From positions 1 to 12,475 of the forward strand of contig JANLOX010000172.1 of NCBI GenBank assembly GCA_031366795.1: a stretch of DNA of 12,475 nucleotides, written 5' to 3'. The DNA comes from Candidatus Eiseniibacteriota bacterium. GTDB taxonomy: Bacteria; Eisenbacteria; RBG-16-71-46. This document shows, piece by piece, positions 1 to 10,129 of the stretch. Position numbers and translations under genes: made by a program. Numbering within the stretch: the stretch's first letter is position 1; every line of letters starts with the position of its first letter. The notes beneath the pieces were generated by a model. The model made no database searches and had not been told where the DNA came from. It saw only the letters and a program-made list of their open reading frames with translations.

Positions 1-44
1 TTGCGGGCGATGGTCTGGATACGCTCGGCGAGATTCTCGAACAC
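1..44 (-). CDS. ffh: Signal recognition particle protein Ffh, N-terminal fragment (runs off the window edge)
   Basis: Not in the ORF track. The minus strand from GTG at 44 reads GTG TTC GAG AAT CTC GCC GAG CGT ATC CAG ACC ATC GCC CGC = MFENLAERIQTIAR, matching the typical Ffh N-terminus (MFENLxxRL). Only 14 complete codons are visible. Confidence 0.8.
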   Translation of the reverse strand, partial: MFENLAERIQTIAR

Positions 45-146
45 GCTGGAAGGTTCCGGGTGAGGGCAGGCAGCCGCCACGGCGACCTGTTGGCCGGGCA
101 GCACGATGCGCGGGACCCCCGAAAGGGCTCCCGTGGAAAGCGCGGG

Positions 147-155
147 AACATAACA
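147..155 (-). promoter_or_regulatory. Possible extended -10 promoter element for ffh (TG-T-TATGTT)
   Basis: The only AT-rich patch between rpe and ffh; the minus strand reads caatatgttatgtt. No convincing -35 element. Confidence 0.3.
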
Positions 156-248
156 TATTGCGGGAATAGGGCCGAAACGGCGCGGGGGTGGGAAATACCT
201 CCAACCACGCGGGTTCGCGGGTGGCCCTTGGCCGCCCGGGGCCAACAA

Positions 249-929
249 TCAGGCGCTAATCTCGCTCCTGAGCCCCGCGAGCGCCGCCGCCGGATCGGCC
301 TGCGCGAACACCGCGTTACCCGCCACGAACACATCGGCTCCCGCGGCGCGCGCCGTTGCGGCGGTGCCGGGGCCGATGCCGCCATCGACCTCGATGAGGA
401 ACGAGCCCGCGCCCGAGTCACGCTCCGTGCGGGCGGCGCTGACCTTGTCCATCATGCCGGCCATGAACGCCTGGCCGCCGAAGCCCGGCTCGACCGTCAT
501 CACCAGCAACAGGTCGATGTGCTTGAAGTAGCGCTCGGCCGCCGACAGTGGCGTATTCGGCTTGATCGCGAGGCCCGCGCGCGCGCCCGTCTCCCGCACC
601 GCAGCAAGCACCGCGCGAGGATCCTCGCATGACTCGAGATGCACCGTGAGCTGGTCCGCCCCCGCATCACGAAACGCGCGCAGCATCTTCTCGGGCTGCT
701 CGACCATCAGGTGGACGTCGAGGAACGCTGGCGTCACACGGCGAGCCGCGGCGACCACCAGCGGCCCGAACGTGAGATTGGGCACGAAGCGAAAATCCAT
801 GATGTCGCAATGCACCCAATCGAGCGCGGGATCGATAATGCGTAACGCATCGGCGAGGCGGGTGAAGTCCGCGGAGAGGATCGAGGGGGCTGCGATGGGG
901 CCGCGGAGAGGGTGTGCGATGCCGCTCAT
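249..929 (-). CDS. rpe: Ribulose-phosphate 3-epimerase
   Basis: Motifs APSILSADF, HCDIMD..FVPNLTFG, DVHLMV, LLVMTVEPGFGGQAF and IEVDGGI. The ATG overlaps the upstream stop (ATGA, 926-929). Confidence 0.97.
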   Translation of the reverse strand: MSGIAHPLRGPIAAPSILSADFTRLADALRIIDPALDWVHCDIMDFRFVPNLTFGPLVVAAARRVTPAFLDVHLMVEQPEKMLRAFRDAGADQLTVHLESCEDPRAVLAAVRETGARAGLAIKPNTPLSAAERYFKHIDLLLVMTVEPGFGGQAFMAGMMDKVSAARTERDSGAGSFLIEVDGGIGPGTAATARAAGADVFVAGNAVFAQADPAAALAGLRSEISA

Positions 930-1720
930 CGGATCAATCGTCCCGTCGCCTGCACGAGGATCTGCGTCTGGCGGGTGATGCGCGAGCCGGGTGCCGGATC
1001 CTGGAACACGATCGTGCCGATGGACGGCGCCGCAGGTGGCGTGAAGACGCGGAAGCCGAAGGCTTCGAGCTGGCGGCGTACACCGCCGATCTCGTGCCCA
1101 AGCAGCTCAGGCATCACGAAGCTCTCTTCGATGCCGCCCGTCGAGACGAGCAGGCCCACCGGCGTGTCGCGCGGCAGCACGCTTTCGGCGGGCGGATCGG
1201 TCGAGGCGATCAGCTCGGCGCCGACGTTGTCCGATGGCGCGTGCGTGATGCCGCCGAGTCTGAGGCCGGCTCGCGACAGCAGGTAGGCAGCGGTGCGCAT
1301 GGATTCGCCGAATAGTTCGGGCGCTGAACTGTACTCCTCGCCCAGGCTGACCACGACGCTGATGCGCTTGCGGCCGTTGAAGGGCGATTCGGGCTCGGGA
1401 TCCTGCGACAGGACATACCCGCTCGGTGTCGCGGGGTCGAACCGTTCACCGGCGCGCGACAGCGTGATGCCGCGCGCGGCCATCGTCTTCTCGGCTTCCG
1501 CGAAGGTCAGGTTGGTGATGTCGGGAACGCGCTGTTCGTTGACGCGGTGCACCAGCCGCGGCATCACTACGTTGTTGAACACCAACATGCCGGTGACGAA
1601 CGCCAGCACCGCGAACGCGACCATCGCCGCGAGCGCCTTCGTGCGCCTGCCGCGCGATTGTTTCGGCGCGGGCGCAGCGGGTGGCAGCGGCAATGGGAGC
1701 GGCTCGGGTGACTGGCTCAC
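926..1720 (-). CDS. Membrane-anchored protein with three PASTA domains and no kinase domain
   Basis: Short Pro-rich/basic N-tail, one hydrophobic helix (ALAAMVAFAVLAFVTGMLVF), then three PASTA-like repeats (VPDITNLTFAEA..SQDPEP..VVVSLG; APELFGES..STDPPA..LLVSTG; MPELLGHE..FQDPAPG). The GTG overlaps the rsmB stop (GTGA). Confidence 0.9.
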   Translation of the reverse strand: MSQSPEPLPLPLPPAAPAPKQSRGRRTKALAAMVAFAVLAFVTGMLVFNNVVMPRLVHRVNEQRVPDITNLTFAEAEKTMAARGITLSRAGERFDPATPSGYVLSQDPEPESPFNGRKRISVVVSLGEEYSSAPELFGESMRTAAYLLSRAGLRLGGITHAPSDNVGAELIASTDPPAESVLPRDTPVGLLVSTGGIEESFVMPELLGHEIGGVRRQLEAFGFRVFTPPAAPSIGTIVFQDPAPGSRITRQTQILVQATGRLIR

Positions 1721-4092
1721 GTGAGCTTGAACCTCGCGGCGAAGGCGCCGTCGCAGCCATGGAGTTGTGGCAGCACGCGCATCATGCCGCGCTCATCGAC
1801 GACCGCGTCGGGAAGGATGCCATTGGCGGACTCGAGTTCCATCATCGGCGCCTGCTTCAGGAACTCCTCGACCACTTGCATGGTCTCTTCGGGTTCGAAT
1901 GAGCACACGCTGTAGACCACGATGCCGCCCGTGCGCAGCCGGCGCATGGCCGAGAACAGCAGCTCGACCTGCACGCGCGGCATCTCGCGCAGGATCGGCG
2001 CGCCCTTGCGCCAGCGCGCATCGGCGCGCCGGCCGAGCACGCCAAGCCCCGAGCAGGGGGCATCGACGAGCACGCGATCGAACAGGTCGGGGAAGTCGTA
2101 GGAGCGGCCATCGCCTTCGACCACGCGAATGCTCTTGAGCCCGAGTCGCGCGACGTTCTGGTGGAGCGATTGCGTGCGCGCCGCCTGGCGCTCCATCGCC
2201 CACACTTCGCCATCATCGCCGATCAACTCGGCGATGTGCGTCGACTTGCCGCCGGGTGCCGCGCACATGTCGAGGATTCGCTCGTGCGGCTGCGGCGCCA
2301 GCAGGCGCGCAACGAGGCACTCACTCTCGTCCTGCACGGTGCACAACCCATCGCGGAACGCGGCGAGCGACATCGGCGAGTGATTGCCGTCGATCCACAC
2401 GAGTTCGGGCGACAGCGTCGCGGCTTCGGATTCGGCCCCCTCGGCCTTGAGCGCTTCCATCAATTGCTCGCGCGTGCCCTTCAGGGTGTTCGTGCGCAGG
2501 CCGAGCCGCGCGGGGCGGTTGTTCGCCATCATCAGCGCCCGCGTGGCTTCCACGCCGAAGCGCGCGAGCCAGCGCTCGACGATCCAAACGGGGTGCGAGC
2601 CCCACACCGCGAGCGAGGCCGCATCATCGCCTTGGGGCACGACGAGCGAGTCCTTCTCCTCGGAGATACGCCGCAGCACGCTGTTCACGAGCCCCGCGGT
2701 CCCCGGGTGCCCATAGTGGTTCGCGAGCTTCACCGACTCATCGACCGCCGAATGCACGGGGATGCGGTCGAGGAACATGATCTGGTAAGCGCCCAGGCGC
2801 AGGATGTTCTGGATCCACGGCGGCAACTGGCTGAAGCCGATATGAATGCGGTTCTCGAGCGCATCATCGATACGCCCGCGCCAGCGCAGGGTGCCCTTGA
2901 CCAGTTCATGCATCAGCGAACGATCGACCGGGGACATGCCGTTATCCCCGCCATGCTGCGCATCGAGCAGGCGGTCGCTGAACGCCGAGCGCGTATCGAC
3001 GGCATAGAGGATCTGCAACGCCGCTTCGCGCGGGTTGGACGGCAGCTTCGGCTCGTGATTGTCGCCCGCGCCATCCTGGGACTTGGTGCGGCCCGGGCCC
3101 TTGCGGTGAGGCTTGGGCGGCGGCTTGCGCTTGTCTGCGTACGGGCGATCGTCGCGCGGAGGGCCAGCGGAGCGGCCGCGGGGAGGAGCGCCGGCGCGGT
3201 CGCGGGGCGGGCCTGATCGATCGCGCGGCGGACCAGAACGCTCACGTGGCGGACCGGAGCGATCACGCGGCGGACCGCTGCCCGGCCCACGGGAGTAGGT
3301 GCCGCGCGGGGCGGAACCCGTGCCGAAATTCCGCGGACGCGAACTGTCCGTGCGGACAGTTGAACGCTCGCGCGGGGAAGACGGAGTCTCCCCGGGGATA
3401 GGTCTCCGTGCGCCACTGCTCTGACGCGGCGAGAACGGGCGACCACCGGGACCGGTTGCGCGATCACGTGGCGGGCCACTTCGGGGAGGACCGCTTCCCG
3501 GACGCGGTGAGTACGGACGTCCACTCGGACCGGTTGCGCGATCGCGAGGCGGACCGCTCGGACGCGGCGAATATGGCCGCCCACTTGGACCACTCGTGCG
3601 ATCGCGCGGCGGACCACTGGGACGCAGCGAATATGGCCGTGCGCCGGGACCGCTCGCACGATCACGCGGCGGACCACTCCTCGGTCCACGAGAATACGAA
3701 CTGTCCGTGCGGACACCTGCACGATCGCGCGGCGGCCCGCTCCTCGGCGGCCCACTGCCCGGTCGCGGCGCATACGGTCGCCCGCTCGGACCGCTTGCAC
3801 GATCGCGCGGCGGAGCACTCCGCGGCGGCCCACTGCCCGGTCGCGGCGCATACGGCCGCCCGCTCGGACCGCTTGCACGATCGCGCGGCGGCCCGCTCCT
3901 CGGCGGCCCACTGCCCGGACGCGGCGAATACGGCGGCCCGCTCGGCCTGCGATCCCCGCGGTCATACGCGGGCCGCGAGCGGTTCACCGGACGCGCCGGC
4001 CCGCGGGAAGCGTTGTCTCGCGGCGGGCGGCGGTCTCCACCCGTTGCGGGGCGCTTGCGGCGGGGGTCGTCTGGCTTCTGCTCGTCGGTCAC
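1717..4092 (-). CDS. rsmB: 16S rRNA m5C967 methyltransferase RsmB/Sun with a ~350-aa low-complexity N-terminal extension
   Basis: The core (from about aa 351, nt 3042 down to 1717) has a NusB-like domain (LRLGAYQIMFLDRIPVHSAVDESVKLA), the SAM-binding motif LDMCAAPGGKS, motif IV DAPCSG and motif VI YSVCS. The GTG at 4092 overlaps the fmt stop (GTGA) with GGAG upstream. It sits in the usual def-fmt-rsmB order. Confidence 0.93.
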   Translation of the reverse strand: MTDEQKPDDPRRKRPATGGDRRPPRDNASRGPARPVNRSRPAYDRGDRRPSGPPYSPRPGSGPPRSGPPRDRASGPSGRPYAPRPGSGPPRSAPPRDRASGPSGRPYAPRPGSGPPRSGPPRDRAGVRTDSSYSRGPRSGPPRDRASGPGARPYSLRPSGPPRDRTSGPSGRPYSPRPSGPPRDRATGPSGRPYSPRPGSGPPRSGPPRDRATGPGGRPFSPRQSSGARRPIPGETPSSPRERSTVRTDSSRPRNFGTGSAPRGTYSRGPGSGPPRDRSGPPRERSGPPRDRSGPPRDRAGAPPRGRSAGPPRDDRPYADKRKPPPKPHRKGPGRTKSQDGAGDNHEPKLPSNPREAALQILYAVDTRSAFSDRLLDAQHGGDNGMSPVDRSLMHELVKGTLRWRGRIDDALENRIHIGFSQLPPWIQNILRLGAYQIMFLDRIPVHSAVDESVKLANHYGHPGTAGLVNSVLRRISEEKDSLVVPQGDDAASLAVWGSHPVWIVERWLARFGVEATRALMMANNRPARLGLRTNTLKGTREQLMEALKAEGAESEAATLSPELVWIDGNHSPMSLAAFRDGLCTVQDESECLVARLLAPQPHERILDMCAAPGGKSTHIAELIGDDGEVWAMERQAARTQSLHQNVARLGLKSIRVVEGDGRSYDFPDLFDRVLVDAPCSGLGVLGRRADARWRKGAPILREMPRVQVELLFSAMRRLRTGGIVVYSVCSFEPEETMQVVEEFLKQAPMMELESANGILPDAVVDERGMMRVLPQLHGCDGAFAARFKLT
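3196..3279 (-). repeat. Four tandem 21-bp units encoding SGPPR(D/E)R
   Basis: Translation SGPPRDR SGPPRER SGPPRDR SGPPRDR (RsmB aa 272-299); the units differ at synonymous positions. Confidence 0.9.
3340..3361. repeat. Palindrome AACTGTCCG-TG-CGGACAGTT (copy 1 of a 19-bp direct repeat)
   Basis: Perfect 9-bp inverted arms at 3342-3361. The 19-mer cgaactgtccgtgcggaca (3340-3358) recurs identically at 3697-3715. Confidence 0.85.
3424..3648 (-). repeat. Degenerate 60/78-bp tandem units encoding P(S/G)xRPYSxRP(GSGPPR)SGPPRDRxxG
   Basis: The sequence lines starting at 3541, 3601 and 3661 align with a 60-bp period (atc.cg.ggcggacc.ct). The region encodes two 20-aa units, one 26-aa unit and a partial unit. 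Confidence 0.85.
3697..3715. repeat. Copy 2 of the 19-bp repeat containing the palindrome TGTCCG-TG-CGGACA
   Basis: Identical to 3340-3358, 357 bp away and in the same RsmB reading frame (VRTDSS). Confidence 0.85.
3715..3945 (-). repeat. About three tandem 78-bp units encoding PSGRPYAPRPGSGPPRSGPPRDRASG
   Basis: The anchor acgatcgcgc occurs at 3721, 3799 and 3877 (78-bp period). The units are near-identical and cover RsmB aa 50-126. Confidence 0.92.
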
Positions 4093-5042
4093 GTCGTGAT
4101 CTCCATGCGTTCGAAGTGTTCCTGCTCAGTGAGGCGCACACCGCGCGCCCATTCCGGGGCGGCCATTTCGGCGCGGCCTTCCTGCTTGAGTCTGAGAATG
4201 CGCAGCACGCCGGGGCGGCACGCGACGTCAACGCCATCGGCACCCTGCGCGAGGATCGTGCCGGGCTCTGCAGCGGCGTCGAGCTTGTGTAAGGGCAGCG
4301 CGGAAGTCACCTGCAACCGCCCCTCGCGGAACCTTGTGGTCGCCCCCGGCCACGGCGTGACCGAGCGCTGGTGGTTCCACACGGTCTCAGCGTCGAGCGC
4401 CCAATCGATCAACCCATCGTGCTTCGCCAGTCGCGCGGCATAGGAGCCACCCACGGGCTGCACGGTGCGCGGTGCTGTTCCAGCGTGCGCCATCACCAGG
4501 CTCTCGGCGAGCAGCGGCGCACCGAGTTCGGCCAAGCGCGCGGCGAGGGTCTCGCCATTGTCGTTCGCCTCGATCGGCGCCCAGCGTTGCTGGATGATGT
4601 CGCCGGTGTCGATGCCTTCGTTCATCCAGATCGTCGTGACGCCGCTCGAGGCGCGGCCATCCCACAGCGCGCGCTGGACGGGCGAGGCGCCGCGGTAGTC
4701 GGGCAGCATCGAGCCATGCAGGTTGATGGCGCCCAAGCGCGGCAGCGTCAGCAAGGCGGGCTTCAAGATCGCGCCATACGCGACGACGGCAAACAGGTCG
4801 GCCTTTGTTGCTTCCAGCAGGTTGATCCAGTCGGGCGTGTTGATGCGCTCGGGCTTCAAGACCTCGAGCCCCAGTTCAGTCGCGACCTGCGCCACCGCGG
4901 ACTCGCCCGTGTTGCGGCCGCGGCCGCGCGGCCTGTCGGGCTGCGTCACCACCGCTGCGACATCGCACACGCGCGCGACGGCCAGCAATGCGGGCACTGC
5001 AAATGCCGGTGTGCCCATGAACACAACCCGCGGACGTGTCAG
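4089..5042 (-). CDS. fmt: Methionyl-tRNA formyltransferase (probable CTG start at 5042; the ORF track calls GTG at 5024)
   Basis: Motifs FMGTPAFA, VVTQPDRPRGRG, VAYGAIL, INLHGSMLPDYRGASP, GVTTIWMNEGIDTGDI and PWPGA. Extending to the CTG restores the conserved RVVFMGTP N-terminus. Confidence 0.96.
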   Translation of the reverse strand: MTRPRVVFMGTPAFAVPALLAVARVCDVAAVVTQPDRPRGRGRNTGESAVAQVATELGLEVLKPERINTPDWINLLEATKADLFAVVAYGAILKPALLTLPRLGAINLHGSMLPDYRGASPVQRALWDGRASSGVTTIWMNEGIDTGDIIQQRWAPIEANDNGETLAARLAELGAPLLAESLVMAHAGTAPRTVQPVGGSYAARLAKHDGLIDWALDAETVWNHQRSVTPWPGATTRFREGRLQVTSALPLHKLDAAAEPGTILAQGADGVDVACRPGVLRILRLKQEGRAEMAAPEWARGVRLTEQEHFERMEITT

Positions 5043-5590
5043 AGGTCTTCTCCCATTTCCTGCTTCGGCGAGTGGTCTTCTGGAATTTCACCGCGCGCCA
5101 GCGATTCCAGCGTGCGCCGCAGGAACTGGCGCTTGAGCGGCGACAGCCGGTCCACGAACAGCACACCGTCAATGTGATCGATCTCGTGTTGCAGCGCGCG
5201 GGCGAGGTAGCCCTCGGCGTCCAGCTCGAACGGCTGGCCGTGCTCGTCATGCGCGCGGACGTGAACATTGAGCGAACGCGTGACGTCCTCGTAGATGCCG
5301 GGCATCGACAGGCAGCCCTCCTCGCCCGACTCGGAGCCAGAGCGCGAAGTGATTTCAGGATTCACCAGCGTGTAGATGGCGCGCTCGTCTTCTTCGACGG
5401 GAACATCGACGACGATCACGCGTTGCGCCACGCCGACCTGGTTCGCGGCGAGCCCCACTCCCCGATAGACATGCATCGTTTCATGCATGTCCGCGGCGAG
5501 CCGGCGCAGCTCGTCGTCGAACGCCGTCACCTCGCCGGACTTCTGGCGCAGGACCGGGTCCCCGTAGATGCGTACGGGGCGAATGCTCAT
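5039..5590 (-). CDS. def: Peptide deformylase
   Basis: All three PDF motifs are present: GVGLAANQVG, EGCLS and HEIDH. The ATG overlaps the yajC stop (ATGA). Confidence 0.97.
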   Translation of the reverse strand: MSIRPVRIYGDPVLRQKSGEVTAFDDELRRLAADMHETMHVYRGVGLAANQVGVAQRVIVVDVPVEEDERAIYTLVNPEITSRSGSESGEEGCLSMPGIYEDVTRSLNVHVRAHDEHGQPFELDAEGYLARALQHEIDHIDGVLFVDRLSPLKRQFLRRTLESLARGEIPEDHSPKQEMGEDL

Positions 5591-5913
5591 GCCGGCGCGT
5601 CCGCGCTGATCACCTGTACGATCGCGCTCTTGGCGAACTCGAGCTTCACGTCATCGGCCACCTTGAGGACGGTCTTGGCTTCATCGAGTCCCACCACCAC
5701 GCCGTACATGCCACCGGAGGTCAGTACGCGATCGCCCTTCTTGATCCCCTTGAGCATCTTCTCGAGATCCTTCTGGCGCTTCTGCTGCGGCCGGATGATC
5801 AACAGGTAGATGATCGCGAAGATCGGCAGGAATTGCAGCACCATCATCAGCGTCGACATCATCGGGTTGCCCGGAGTGGCGGCAGCGCCGCCGATCTGTG
5901 CGTATGCGTCCAT
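5587..5913 (-). CDS. yajC: Preprotein translocase subunit YajC
   Basis: Single TM helix followed by IRPQQKRQK and IKKGDRVLTSGGMYG; lies downstream of tgt; AAGGAG ribosome-binding site at 5924-5929 (minus strand). Confidence 0.95.
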   Translation of the reverse strand: MDAYAQIGGAAATPGNPMMSTLMMVLQFLPIFAIIYLLIIRPQQKRQKDLEKMLKGIKKGDRVLTSGGMYGVVVGLDEAKTVLKVADDVKLEFAKSAIVQVISADAPA

Positions 5914-5961
5914 GGGTCAGGTTCTCCTTTTATGAAGAGTGTCGCCCGCGACTCGAATGTC

Positions 5962-10016
<4,055 letters not shown>

Positions 10017-10129
10017 GGGAGCCTCCAGCTGCTGGTCATGGATCGGTGGGGAACTCCGGCAGCCTACCCGACTGCGCGTGAGGGTGCTACGGCGGCTGGG
10101 CCGTTCCCGGTGCCCCGGCGGCCGGTTGT

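Noticed and set aside
45..248. SRP RNA (ffs) or 6S RNA next to ffh
   Set aside because: The conserved SRP helix-8 motif (CAGG..GNRA..AGCAG) was not found on either strand, and the fold looks multi-hairpin rather than the long rod with a central bubble of 6S RNA.
60..632. 190-aa plus-strand ORF spanning the ffh-rpe spacer and antisense to rpe
   Set aside because: Mostly an antisense shadow of rpe, with no SD or recognisable motifs.
778..815. Rpe motif variant HCDIMDFRFVPN instead of the common MDGHFVPN
   Set aside because: The metal-binding His and Asp residues are intact and this position varies among Rpe proteins, so there is no evidence of a changed function.
3196..3945. CRISPR array interpretation of the periodic repeats
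   Set aside because: There are no unique spacers between constant repeats. The units are contiguous, degenerate, frame-preserving and inside rsmB, and no cas genes are nearby.
2913..4292. Long alternative ORFs over the repeat (2913..3965 minus, 3408..4292 plus, 3596..4099 plus)
   Set aside because: A stop-free GC-rich unit repeated with a period divisible by three keeps several frames open. Only the rsmB frame has a coupled start, an SD and wobble-position variation that preserves the peptide.
5936..5954. Small hairpin in the tgt-yajC spacer
   Set aside because: Short imperfect stem without a U-tract, within chance expectation at this GC content.
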